From assembly GCA_015680685.1 (NCBI GenBank), contig MNCI01003135.1:1-64000 (forward strand): a stretch of 64,000 nt of DNA. Direction: 5' to 3'. The notes beneath the pieces were generated by a model that worked only from the letters and a program-made list of their open reading frames with translations, did not search any database and was not told the DNA's origin. Source of the stretch: Gnetum montanum (Eukaryota; Plantae; Gnetophyta). A program made the translations under genes and the position numbers. Of the stretch, positions 11,668 through 25,519 are shown piece by piece; within the stretch, counting starts at the first letter, position 1, and every line of letters starts with the position of its first letter.

Positions 11668-12450
11668 ATGGATCTAATTTCTCTAGAATGCCCCTATGAG
11701 GGATTCTCTATTACTTCAAACTTCTTCAAATAATGTTGAAATTTCTACTTCATTTATTGGTACAAAAATTTTTGTTAATTCTTTAAATGCAAATTTACAA
11801 GTTGAAAAAAATAAAATTTTGATGTCTTCTTCTAATAATGTTGATGTAAGAAAGATACTTAATTTTGTTCTTTGTGATGATGTATTTAAGTCATTCATTT
11901 ATTATCTTTCATTGCATCATGTGTTCATTCAAACTTTTGATTGCCTACCTCATAATCAAAGTTTTATCTTACAGTTAGATGATATGATTAAAAAAATGAT
12001 ATCTAGGTCATTCATGTTAGGTAATATTTTTATTTTCTTTCGTTTTATTTAGTTAGATAATGCTTTGATAGTGCAAAGTGCCCTCGATAAAGGGCTCTTA
12101 TGCATAAGCATGTAGTGTTGATTATTCATAAATGGACATCATATTTTGATGTTCAATTTCAAGAATATGCTAAATTTTTATGTTTTTTTAATTTATATAA
12201 TATCACTGATTTTTTAGAAAGCTAAATAGGAAATTGTTAGTCTTCTCATTTCCATTAAGTATATGGAGTCTATTTCTATAACTTTTGATTTTTGTAGATG
12301 TTTTCTATTGAAATAAACATTATTAATTATAAAAATAAATTATTATTGTAAGGTGGAGAAGAAACTTATATCTATCCTATTAAATATTATAATATTCCTA
12401 ATTCTTGCAAATTTTGCCATTGTGAATAAAATTTATTTAATTCTTATCCT
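11668..12450 (+). pseudogene. DUF4283 + zf-CCHC_4-like (L1 ORF1-like) remnant
   Basis: MLGNIFIFFRF, LIIHKWTSYFD, YPIKYYNIPNSCKFCHCE, read across stops and shifts. Confidence 0.5.
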
Positions 12451-13249
12451 TTTCTATTCAAGAAAAAATACTTTGAAGAAAAGAAAAATTGTTTGTAGTT
12501 GAAAATAGAAAAATCAATATGAAGTTAAATATATGAAAAATCAAGTTAATGGAAATTATAAAAATAATTAAATAGAAATGAAGAATTCAGAGAAGACAAA
12601 AGCTTCTATGTATATTTTTCCTAGTAATAGAGAAAGTATTAAGCTCGAACAAATAGCTCATAAGGAAAATTTTTCCTTATCTAACAAGATTATTATTAAC
12701 TCAAATATTAAAATTAGTGTAGATAAGAAGATTATAGTTTATGAAAAGGATTCTTATGATAAGATAAATAATAATTGACAAGATAATGATCTTCCACTAT
12801 TGATACCACTTTCTTGCTTTAAAATAAATATTGATATTAAGTTGTAGCTCTTTATCTTGAATAAATATTGATATTAAGCTATAGTTATTTTTGAAATTGT
12901 TAGTCATTTTCATTGTTCATTTCAATTTTGTCTTTGCTTATGATTTCACTCATCTTACCTATTGTTAGGTAGAAATCCCAAAACGTTTTTGTTCTATGTT
13001 ACTTTACTTGCTTTTTCCATATATTTAATGAGGTATTCCATTATTTAGTTATAAAAATTACTTAAATTAGTTTAATACCACTAAAAGAAAAGGACATTAT
13101 CTTGAGGGGTGATGATTTGTTGTTGAATCATCTATGCAATAAGGGCTTGACCTCAAAGATAAATTCCCTGTATAATGTACTAATCATGCATTATATTATA
13201 GTCTCAAAATTATTGTGGTTATTTTTCTTAGACATGAAGTTAAATATAA

Positions 13250-15200
13250 AATAAATAAATTCCTACATCACATAAGAGTTTAACTTCTATGCCTACTTAT
13301 ATGCTTAATGATGTAGAGGCACTAATCGAAGAGCTTCCCAAGAAGTCTATTACATTTGATCTTTTGTCATTTATTGCATTTAAGCTATCCAAGATTAATT
13401 ATGAGGTAATGTATCTAATCTTTAGAAGTAATAAAGAGGCTATTTTCTTTATAAATTTAATTAGGACTTTAGATTCCTAAAGCTTTGTTTCAAGTATTTG
13501 AGATTTTATTTCAAAAATGTGATGAATGATGGTGAAGTAGATGTAATTGGTATTAGACATGCTAAATTTCTCTACATATTCAAGCACACTATTGATTTCA
13601 ATAAGGTCAAAAAATAATCAAGTTTGGAGTTTTCATGATCATATCTATATGAACTATGAAGTAGTTTGATATTAATTACATTCACTTGCATTATTGTGTG
13701 TGACAAAAATATTCACACTAATTTGAGAGAACTTAGTTTGATGCATTTATAAGTATGGATGGGGACAGAAATTAGTTGGTTTAAATTCAATGAAAATGAA
13801 ATAAAGTAGTAAATAATATTACATTATCATTTTAATGAAATGCATTCTTTCTTTGTACATATATGTTAGATCACATGTAGATATTACCATGATCAAGGCT
13901 CTTGTTAGGATAAGGAATATACAAGTCCTTAGTAATATTTATACTACAATAATGTCTACATTGTAAGAATAAGATACAAATAAAGAATGAGAACAACAAA
14001 TAAAGGGAATTGTAATGGTTCTAAAAAAAACATGATCTAATCCTTCAAACATACTATTGGAGAGTAACACCATGGATCTAGTCATGCATCACTATGTCTT
14101 TAAAAATAAATTCTTTGAATATGAGAATATGGTTAAGTTTTTTTAACTCAATTATCGAAAAGGATATTCCAAAAGAATATATTTATAACTTCTCCATATA
14201 AAAGAGCTTGATGGAATATATTGATGAGTACTTAGAGGCTAAGGTCATGAAGAGGCTAAGAACAAATATGCACCTATTTATAAAATAATTAAGTATTGCC
14301 TCTACAGATGATAAAGTACTTCTATCTCTTATATATTCTTATTATTATGCTATATCCTATTCATGCAAGGCATGATGACATAGGAGGAGCTGATGAAAGT
14401 TTAGCCACCCACTGTGATATCTTGACATTGGTGGATGAATTGAACTAGAATCCAAGAAACTTGGAACTTTGAGGACTATTATGTAGCTCTATCAAAGAGT
14501 AGTTTAAGAAATATGAAATAAGTAGAAAGGGGAAAGTAAGCAAAGAAGGAGCTACTCCTATTGAAGAAATCTAAAGATTCTTTCAGTTACTATAATTGAT
14601 ATCATAGTGTTATAGTTGGATGATTGATATCATAGTGTTATAGTTGGATGAGTAGAGAATAAGTAGTTACAAGAAAAGATGACTTTAATATGCTAATTTA
14701 TAAAAGGTAAAATTTGCAATGAAATTCACATCATAGAGACTTGCATAATTTAGAAAAAATCTTAACACAAATATTAGAGCTAATGAGAAGCTATAAAAAG
14801 AGAAGAATAAGATCCTTAAATCTCTAGAGGGTAAAAAGAAGGTTCATTAGCTACTTCAACAAGAAAAACCATTTGAACATATTATCCAAGTTGCCAAATG
14901 TGTTGCTAATTTTTTTACTACTTTAATAGATAAGAAAATATCTATTCTAGATCCTTGTTTGACCTAGGATCATGTTGTATTGGATTAGATACTTGCTACA
15001 AAATTAAAGGCCATGGTCTTCGCATCTTCTTCTCATACATATTTTTCTTTTGCTCCTTCTAAAGCTTCCATAGTTATTAAGAAAGGATCATTGTTTCCTT
15101 CTTTCTAAGTTACAAAGAAGCTAAATATTGGTGATGACCTCAAACCTCATGAATATGGTGATTTGTTAAATTATTAGCTTGTTAAATAAGATAATGAGTG
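13250..15200 (+). pseudogene. Heavily decayed coding remnant, possibly a retroelement accessory ORF with a coiled-coil-like C-terminal part
   Basis: ORF 13289-13480 and purine-rich K/E codon stretches at 14480-14900. No diagnostic motif. Confidence 0.25.
14595..14651. repeat. Perfect 28 bp tandem duplication
   Basis: ATTGATATCATAGTGTTATAGTTGGATG x2. Confidence 0.95.
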
Positions 15201-16458
15201 ATTCCAATAGGCTATGTTAGTGACGGGTGTTAAATTTCTATGAATTCACATAGTGTTCTATGTATGTTATGTTGTGTTTAGGATTTATTGCATTATTTAC
15301 ATTTATAGAAAATTATCCCCTTTAAAGTTTTCTCAATGAAGTTTATTTTTATCCATTTTGAGGTATGGTTATTATATGAGTGATATAACCAATAAGTCTA
15401 AATATACAAAGTACCATAAACATCAAAACATATGATTTAAAATCTTAACAAATAGATTTACTAACTTGAAGAAATGCATAAAATTTTTACCCAGACTTGC
15501 TAAACATCAAAATTGAAATTAAAGAGGGACTTTCAATTGGAATAGTTAGATATTCCTCATAACCATGGTGTTTTAGAATATATTTCCTTCAGCATAAATA
15601 TAATGTTGAGGGGAAGCAAGCTAGATTGATTGGATTATTTCTAAGGTTTTGTATAATCTAAAATGGTTGAATGAAAATATCATGCCTATAGCAAATTTAT
15701 TAGACAAGGTGAACCTATAATTTTATTAGAAAGTTTTTTTTACATTGAGTTTGAGAAGAAGTGTTAAGAATTTAAGTGTTATATCAACATCAATGTGTGT
15801 TATAGATATCCAAATGTATAATTATAATGGTTTACATGAAATGAATAATCAGATTGTTAAGTGATTTGTTAAGAAGAGATATGACTATTGAATAATACGT
15901 ATCCCCTGGATATGATATACCTAAGGGAAGTCACTATAACAATTTTAGATATACATACATAACACACTTTCATAGTATGGTATATAGACCATAACCATAG
16001 GGTGTATTGTTCATGGCTGTTGTTTGTCATCTTCATATTGTTTTCCATTTTACATTTACTAAGATCTCTATCTCTGTATGCTTATTTATTACATCAGCTT
16101 CATTTTCTTGGTACTCTAACTCTAATCATTGATATACAAGTACATAATTACGTGTTGACATGAAATCTATATTATATTCTTATTTATTATACATTATCCT
16201 CTATTAACCATGGTTATCATAATTGATTAGGTATATCATAACCATGGTTATTATTAGTTGTTGCATTCAAATTTTCCACATTGATGTAACATATCAATGT
16301 TTTATTAGTTGGATTTGATTATCCTCATCCTAAAAACCTTAATTTCTAGCAAGGAATAGTATCACAAATAATGAAAAAAATCCACTATCATGGGCAATCA
16401 CTTATATATGTCTTCATTAAGTCATACTACAAAGCAACAAAGTGTAAGGCTTAGTAGC

Positions 16459-19400
16459 TAGTTCAAGAGTGTTGCACGACAATAGACCCAATAGGACCCA
16501 ATCTACAACTTCCAAGAAAATTTCACTTGGAAAATAAGAGTAACATAATAAAATAAAGAACATATCTCTTATATTAAGATAATTCTCAAAGTACATAGAA
16601 AATACATTTAGATGAGGATTTAAGCTCAACTCACAACTCTCACAAAGATCGTAAAGATCACACTTATCATCTCTTAATCTTTAGTTGCTCATAATAGAGC
16701 CCAAGCTCAAGAAAAAACACTTATAAGAGATTCTTCTAACCTCTCTCAATTATTATCCCTTTTCTTTCATTTAACTTCCTTGCAAAAGCTCTCTTTTTGC
16801 ACAAGCTATCCTCCCCCAACTCTTACAATCTTTCTCTCCTACTCATGATTAGGGTTATTTGACCTTTAGTGTTTGCACTTTGATAGTTGGCACTGTACCA
16901 CTTGGTACTATGGCACTTAGCACTACAACACCTGGAATCATGAATTACATAAATATTTCAACGAAAAGATAAGAACCCTAGAAAAATTTCCTCAACTCAA
17001 ATTGATATTATCCAACTATTTTCCAAGTCTTCTCACCTTATCCATACCTATTTCCACCTTACTTTGGCTATTTCCTAAATTGGAACGGTGTTTTTGAAAG
17101 TTTCCCCATGCATTTGGGTCATCTCTGGCTTCATGTAGACATTTCTTATAAAAGTACTACTCTTGGGAGAGATGTCTCATATTTTTGGTAGAGATCTTCT
17201 ATGGACTTGAGACATATTTACTTCAAGTGAGATGTCTCTAGAAAGATATTTATCCTTTTCATGAGACATCTATCTTAAAGGCGCCAAAAATAAAAATGCT
17301 TGTCTTGATATAGAAAGCCTTTGGATGCCCCACAACAAGTCCTCATAGATCTTGAAACCTCTTTGAATCATCAAAATAAGCAAAAAAAACCTCCAAACAT
17401 GCCAATACATCCATGAATCGTTCCTAGCAAAATAAATGAAGAAAAAACATAGTATGTAGTGGAGAACAAGGGGATCGAAAGAGGTGTTCCTACACTAGCT
17501 CTCCCACCCTTAAAAAATGTCATGCTTCATAACTTTTCATAAGTTGGAAGGCTTCATGTCCCCATTACTCAAGGCCATAACAATATTTATGGCTTAATGC
17601 ATTATAAACATGAGAATAAATATCATTTGAGGTTTTTATTTTGAGCTTTTCTTGCCCATGGAGGTTTGTCATCATGCCTCATCATTCTTCCTTCATCTGA
17701 TCATCTCCTTGGAATGTTTTCCTTGCATCCCCATGATGATTCAAACCTACAACAAATAAAGAATAAGTAAAAGAAATGGGATTACGCTTTCTTAATCCAA
17801 CATCCTTTCTTTGCTTCTTTTTCCTCTTCTTCACCTTCTTCTTCTTGGTGTTTGAAAGACTACCACTTAAATTCCTTTCATCATCACCATGTAAATTGCC
17901 TTCATGCTACACTTCCATTTTACAACCAAGATAATAAAATCCATTAACAAACTTCATAAATTCATCATTTCTATAATCAATAGAAAGAATATCCAAATTT
18001 TGGAAAATCATATCATTATCAATGTCTTCACTTACATTAATAATGACATTCGTACAATGACTATTCCAATAGCCATCATCATTAAATACTTTACCATTAT
18101 TAGTCTTCCTCTTAATAAAAATGGCATGAAAAGTCACAACATGAATCTCAATCTCATCACAATCACCACAATGATCATGATGCTAATCATTAAAAATAAA
18201 TAAACCACTACCAAGTTGAAGTGAGAAACTAGCATCCATCACACTAGCTTCAACATGAGAGATATTACTACAATTAACAAGGTCAAGCTCACTCTTACTT
18301 GTCTCTTCATGGCTTCCGCCATCCATATTTGATTCAACTTGATCTTCAATATCTAGCTGCCCAACCTCATCAAAGCTTGAAGGTTTAAGATTCCAAATAG
18401 GAGTTCCCAAATCCAATGGCTTATCCTCCTCAAAGGAATCATAAACAAGCTCTTTATCACACTTTGGAGGTACCAAATCAAAACATAAACTCTCATCCAT
18501 AGCCTTAGAATTAGATTCATAAATAAGATCATTAAAGAATTTATTCTTTCACATACCTTGGCTAGAAGACTCACCTCTCTCCCATGAGATAGTCTCAAAT
18601 TGACTTAGAATCACCTTTCCCTTGCCATGGGGTGTAGAAAAATTGCATAAATAATGAGTATCATACCTTCTAGTACTACTCCTGATCCTCCTTAAAGAAG
18701 TCCCTTGATCGTTACCACTCTCTTGGCTTTGATCATTTACCGACCATGACTCATTAGGTAGGAACTCTCCTTGATTAGAAACATATGTCATGTTTGAATT
18801 TGAAGATCTCTTGATCCCTTTTATGAAGCTCTTAGTTTCCTTCCTTGAAACCTTTGAGTATTGAGCACTCCTTCACTCAATAATAAATACTTGAGAACTC
18901 CTTTTCCCATTGATCTATACTTCATCAGACCCTTCATCTTCCTTGCCTTATAGACTCCTAGAAGATATTATATTAATTTTCCTCAAAATATTTCCCATGT
19001 TAGTCTTGAATTTCTCTATATCCTTTTCTAAAGTTTCTACAAAATCTTAGTGCTTGTAGACCTTTACTTTGGGAAGAACTTCTTGCATTTGAATCAAAAA
19101 ACTTTTAAATGAGTCCTTAAACTCTTAAAGTTCTTGATATGTCTTCTTCTTTATACCCATACCTAAAGAAACAAGAATGATATCCAAAATAAAACACACA
19201 AATATCCACAATAATGTTCCTTTTATTCAAAGAAAACACCAAGCTTTAACATAGAAGTGTGAAATCCTCCAAACCTTCACTTTGATACCAATTTGGTACA
19301 AGCATGTTGCATCACAACAGATGCCAATAGGATCCAATCCACAACTTCCAAGAAGATCTAGCTTAGAATATTAGAACAACATAATAAGATGGATAAAATA

Positions 19401-20243
19401 TCCATTATATTAAGATAATTCTCAAAATAGATAGAAAATATATCAACGATAAGAAGACAAGCTCAAATCACAACTCTCCCAAGGATCTTAGAGGCCACAT
19501 GTTTCCTGTCTTATCCTCAATTTCTCACAATGGAATCCAAGCTCAAGATAAGACACTTATAAGAGATTTTCCTAGCCTCTCTAAAGTGTTCTTCCTTGTC
19601 TTTCATTCAAATTTATTGCACAAGCTTTCTTCTTGTACAAGATATCCTCTCCCAACTCTCATAAGCTTTCTCTCCTACTCATGATTAGGATTATCTGGCG
19701 TTTGGAATTTGCACTGGCACTAGGCACTATGGAACTTAGCACTTTGGCACTTGCAATGACGAATTACATCAATGTTTATTAGCAATTAGAAGATAATAAC
19801 CTTAGAAAATTTACCTTAACTCAACTTTAGGTTATCTAGCTATTTTCCAAGTCTTCTCACCTTCTCCCAACCTATTTTCATCTTGCTTTGGTTGTTTCCA
19901 TCTTGCTTGGATATTTCTTCAATTGGAACAACATTTTTGAAAGTTTTCCCATTTTTCTAGGTCATCTCTAGCTTCATGTAGATGTCTCCTATGAAATCCT
20001 TGCTCTCGAGAGAGATGTCTACTATTTATAGTAGATGTCTTCTATGGTCCTGAGATGTCTTTACTTCAAGGGAGACATATCTAGAAAGATGTCTATCTTT
20101 TTGGGGAGACATCTTTCCTGAGGGTAACAAAAATAAAAATGCTTTTCTTGATGCTAGAAACCTCTAGATGCCTCCCAAAAAGCTCCCATAGATCCTGGAG
20201 CCTCCTAAACTCATGAAAATAATCCAAAAGAGGTATTCCTACA
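16459..20243 (-). mobile_element. Non-autonomous LTR retrotransposon (LTRs about 16459-17494 and 19294-20243)
   Basis: Two diverged direct repeats, both ending GAGGT(G/A)TTCCTACA. Met-type PBS (plus strand ACTTTGATACCA, 19279-19290). PPT (plus strand CTCTCCCACCCTT) at about 17499-17511. The 1.8 kb interior has an acidic ORF remnant and no pol. Confidence 0.8.
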
Positions 20244-21568
20244 CTAGTAGCAAAGCAATAATGACTCATGTAATGTGATAGCTATGTTTGCTCGTACATG
20301 CATACTTATGCTTGAGACATAGGTTGCCATATATTGCTAATGTGATAGTTTTAAGCCATACATTGCCACATGTATTTGCTATGATCTTAATAGTGATTTG
20401 ATTACCATCTATGATGAGTTTGTGTTAGTATTATAGGCATGAGTTACTAGATGGTTTACTGGTTACATTATGTAAAACTAGTTGTCCTATTCTTATGCTC
20501 TAGTTTTAGTGTTGTAGTCATGGATTTAGAGTGAAGTTAGTGTAAGGATAAAATACATTTTGAGAGATTGTAGGAACAAAAGAAAGGACTATCATCTAAA
20601 GAAAGATATGATCCTACTAGGTAGACTCTTCGACCATTGATCTCCTATGTGTATTTGATATACATTTCTTCAACATTTGCTAGGAGATTGTCCAAACTCT
20701 TTACCTATGAGTAACTAGAGTAATCTATTTTTGCTTTTGCATGCTTCTTTAAATTCTTAATTAGTAAGTAGGGCTTGCTTAATATAGGCATGATATTTTC
20801 AAGAAATATAATTATTCATTATAAATTCTTATTATTTCATCAAGTTTATTTATTGCAATCTGAAATCCTTATGAGATGTATTTTCTTTTATTTTAATTAT
20901 CATGCCTAATAAATACAATGATGAGTTAAAGTATTTAGTTTAACTCATTTTGATAGCAATATGATATGATGGATTTGGACATAGCATCATATGAATATAA
21001 GGCTTAGATTAAGGAAATTTACTATTTTAGGTTATAATTTAAATTTCAGCATTTTTTGATTTCATGGATTAATATTTTACTAATAATTTTTCTACCTCTT
21101 CAAATTAAAGTTATAATATTATAATGGATTTAACATCCCTCAGTTCTCTACATGATTGTAGATGTTGTTCAATTTATTCTTCATTCTCATTAGAACATAC
21201 ACAATGTATTCTAGATCATGTTATATAAGTAGACTCTACCTTTCATTCATTATTTGACTGGCATTTGCTATTAAATGTTCAAAAGTTTAATTAGTTAATG
21301 TTTTTGTGCATAGTAACTACTATTGGACCTTCTTCATCTTCTATGATATTTCTCTCACATTCTATACCTTTTCTATTAATGACCATCTTACTCATCCTAC
21401 TTTACTATGTGGGATGGCTTCTCATTTTAAGGTTTTCTTTCCTTAATGATTAATGTTGGTTTGATATACTTGTACCTATTAACTATTCTTTATGATTATA
21501 ATTTCTTAGGTTAACTTTTATTCAATTCATCTTTTCTTACCATAACTTCTCTCAATCATAATGTAAGA

Positions 21569-21580
21569 GCTCTAATACCA
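21569..21580 (-). other. Isolated tRNA-Met PBS-like site of a decayed (probably copia) remnant
   Basis: GCTCTAATACCA followed by TG; the canonical plus-strand reading is GCTCTGATACCA. Confidence 0.35.
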
Positions 21581-21649
21581 TGTTTGAGTTTGGTATTACA
21601 TCTTATTTTCTTTTCTTCTCATCAATTAAAGGCATAATCTTCATTTCAC

Positions 21650-21780
21650 AAGGTTGGTGTCTTGGGAGGCTTGATAGTAGATTTGTGAAAAGTCTAACCT
21701 CTTAACATTTCCTAAGCTCAAACTAGTGTTTTATGACTCAAGAAGCAAGTACCTTACTAATACTCCAAGTAGTAGTCCCT
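21650..21780 (-). mobile_element. Possible tRNA-derived SINE remnant (Au-like)
   Basis: Minus strand box A-like TGGAGTATTAGTAA and box B-like AGTTTGAGCTT followed by GGAAA, at SINE-like spacing. Confidence 0.3.
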
Positions 21781-24749
21781 AGTTTTATATTTCATTAACA
21801 AGTCTAATTAACCAAGAATCTTGTGTCATATAACTTAACTAAATGATTATATGAATAACCTATTTTTAAGGAAAATATATTATAAACAAGAATGTTTAAT
21901 GAATATAATACACTTAGAGTGTATTCCATAATTATAATAATGATTGTTAATTTATTAATCATATGTAGAAAAAATTGGTTCTTTTAAAGACTACTTTAGT
22001 CTACCCTAACCATCTTTTGGTCTTTTGTACTATTCATATAACATTGCTATTATTGTTCATAGATATCATTTTAGCAACATAACCTTCCAAACAATCTTTT
22101 CTTCTTTTTTTAAAAATCCAAATTATGCAAGCAGAAGTATAGTTCATACTTTAGATTTAAGAATCATAAAATAATTTACATGTATATTGAATTATTATTA
22201 CAAGTCATGTAAATTTAATTTCGAACCAAATGGAAAGTTTCATTCAAGAAAATTGCAAATAACATGCTATCCAAAAAGAAGAAAAAAATTATAAAGGAGA
22301 TATGGTGGTAGGGTGATGGAATGCAACATACTATCCAAAATAAGAAAAAATACTTTGAAGATGATACGAAAGTATAAACCAAGAAAATGAGTTGATGTAT
22401 GAAATGATAGAAAGGAAGAAAAAGTAGTGTAAGATCATTTTTTGTTATTTGATGATGCTTCAAACTATTTAAACATCTATTGAAAAATGATTTTTTATTT
22501 ATTTTATCTTAAACTACAAATTTTTGTGGCTCACAAGAGGTCATAGCTACTTGTGTAATGATGAAAAAATTTAATGCTAGAGGGCCAAAGATCCCTATTA
22601 GAATAACTTAACTCATAGATCCACAAGCCTTGAAAAGGATTTTTGAGTGCCTTAAATGGTTTGAAAGATCAGTTGAGAAATTGAATGTGTATTACCAAGT
22701 ATTAAAAAAATGTAAAAGAGCAAGAAAGTATTCATTAAATGAAATCAAAATCAAAACACAATTGCAAGAAATATAGGAGAAAAATGTAGAAAAACATTGC
22801 TAGAACTTTGTAATTAAATTTTTTAAAATACTATAACAAATGGGTTTAAAAAATATAGAATATAGATTTGGACTTTTATAGCTTACGATTACAATAATGG
22901 ATTTGAATTCTAATGCAGTAGGTTGAATGTGCTCTATAGTCTCCTCTCATAGATCTGGTATCACTTGGTCTAGCTACAAACTAGTTCTTGGAATCTCTAG
23001 TTCTCTACATTATGGAATAATAGTGATGGTTCTCATCGAAAGTATCAGGTTTGATGCATATGCAAAAATGTCAAAAGTTCCTATGATGAAGTGGATCATT
23101 ATTTAAATAGCCCTTGTGTTCTCTATTTGGTTTTTAGTTAATTCTATCATGATTTGCTTATAGATTTCTAGCACCTTTCGTTATACCTAGGATACTTTTG
23201 CATGTAGTATCAACATCAGTATCATAAAGTCATGACACCAACATCATGTTTGTATCATAGCGTTGATACCATAAAGTCATGATGTCAACACCACGTTGGT
23301 ACCATAAAGCCATGATGCTAGTATAGTGTTGGTACCATAGCGTTATGATGCTAGTGTCTTTTGCGAAATAAAGCAATATATCTTCCTTTATTTTTCCACC
23401 AAATTATAAAGAATTTTGGCCATGGATTATAATATGAATTTTTTGGGGGAGTTTCATAGGGTTGTCTTTGTTGGTGTGTTGAGGATTGACCCAAGTGACA
23501 TCAATAAAAAATCTAAAACAATGTAACAAGTTTAGCACCAATGTTTTTCTCTCCACACTCAGTTTGGTAGCTATCAAATTCTATCAAAGAGTGTCCACGA
23601 TTCTGAAGTAACGTCATAATGAAATTTCAAGGGTTTGGGATGAGATTAATGGCTATAGTGATTAATGGAAAGTGGTCATTTTAGCTAATAAGGAATTCTA
23701 AGTTAACATCATTGCAATCATATGACTACAACATGTGTTCTTGCTAAAGGTGTTCATGCTTCATGTTTGAACTTTTGGTTACTCAATGATGTTTTGGAGG
23801 AATCAACAATCCATCCTAGGGCTTCTTTGACTATTAGGCTCTTTCCTTTTTTATTTGGAGTTGTTTATTTTACATTAGGCTTCATTGGCCTCTTGGATTT
23901 CTTGGCATTTTATCACGTTTATTTTTTTCTTTCTGGGTAAAAGCTTCATTGGATTTCATTGTCAAGGTTGAACTTAGTTCAATTTTTTCATAGGATGAGA
24001 TGTTTTACATTCAACAAACTTTATGGTGGATCATGATAGAAGAGATGTCATATGATCATAATGCATGAGTATTAGACATTGGTTTTCATTATTATTTAGG
24101 ATAAGGAAGGGTGTACTTTGTCTATAGGGACATGGCTCAGGAGAGGTAATAGGAGTCACGTGAGGTGAGCATTCTTGATATAGTTAAATAAGCTAACTAA
24201 ATATCATGTACTAAGATCACATAGTAACTTAATGTTTCTATGAATCACACATTTGCAATGACTCCAAGCTTCATACTGCAAGAACAACTCTAAGAGAATA
24301 GAAAACAAATCAAATAAAACATATTATTACAAGAGATTGCATAAGGCCATATGAGATAATAAGTAGGAACAAAAGACACCATAGGTAACAAAATGGTACA
24401 ACACAAGAAATCTATATTTTTTTCCATAGATTTTAGAAAGTTTTGTAGTTCATTTGTTATGCCAAGAAGAAAAGAAAAGAGATAAGAGGTAACATAGTTT
24501 CACATGATGTAGATCATAAGAGTTATTTATGTCCATCATTTGTTCATACATTTAAAGAAGACATACAAAGATCATAGAAAAAACAAGTTAGTGTTAGACA
24601 TAATAAGGTTTGAGATAGTTATGATTGATAAAATTGGCCAATTCAATCCCATCCATGTCCACCAATCTAAAAGATCTATTTCTATAGGATTTTTTCAATC
24701 AAGGAAGGACCCTTCCAGTTGGCCAAGAACTTGTCTATCAAATCATGAT

Positions 24750-25500
24750 GATGATGTTGTTCCTAACTCAATATCATTTAATGTTATAAAGTGCTTATAT
24801 TAGCTACTCTTCCACTGAATCAAGGTTGATGGTAGGAAACTCCTTATTCTTTTCATGATTGTTGAATTCCAATGGAGCTACCCTTAGTTATGGAATCTAT
24901 AATTCAATAAGGAAAACAACCTCAAATGCATAAACTAGGCTATATGAGGTTAAACAAGTTGTGATTTAATAGATAGTTCGATACGCCCAAAGTGCATGGA
25001 AAAGATGCTCATGCCACTTGCATCTACCATTATTAACCCTTTTAAAGAAGGTTTATGATCACCTTATTAGTAGCTTTGGCTTGTCCATTAGCTTGAGATT
25101 AATATGATGATGAAAAGAAATGCTTGATGCTTAGTTCTTAACAAAAGGTTTGCATTTCTTGGTTACTAAATTGCAGTCCATTATTAGTAACTATGGTTAA
25201 GGTTATGTCAAAACGAGCTACTATGTTATCTAGTATAAATCTATAAAATGGTAATGATGTTGTTTTCCATAGAACTATAGCTTCAACCAACTTTGTAAAG
25301 TATTTAGTTGTGGTATGCCCTATAGAAGATTTAGTTGTTACTTGTCCAATAATGTCTATTCCCCATTGTTGGAAAAGCTAGGTGATTTGAGTAATGTGTA
25401 ATTCAATTAGTGACACATGTATTAACCTGCTATGTCATTGGTAAGTATCACAAGTTTTTACCTTCTACAAGAAATTATTTTCAATATAGGCCCAATAGCA
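24750..25500 (-). pseudogene. Integrase remnant of element B
   Basis: KVKTCDTYQ, FQQWGIDIIG, YFTKLVEA, NIVARFD..TIVTNNGLQF, SQANGQAKATNK. Confidence 0.85.
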
Positions 25501-25519
25501 TACTAATCATCTAATCATC

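Noticed and set aside
17165-17270. Cluster of TGTCTC auxin-response elements
   Set aside because: Better explained as deamination products of GAGACGTCTC in a silenced LTR. There is no evidence of auxin function.
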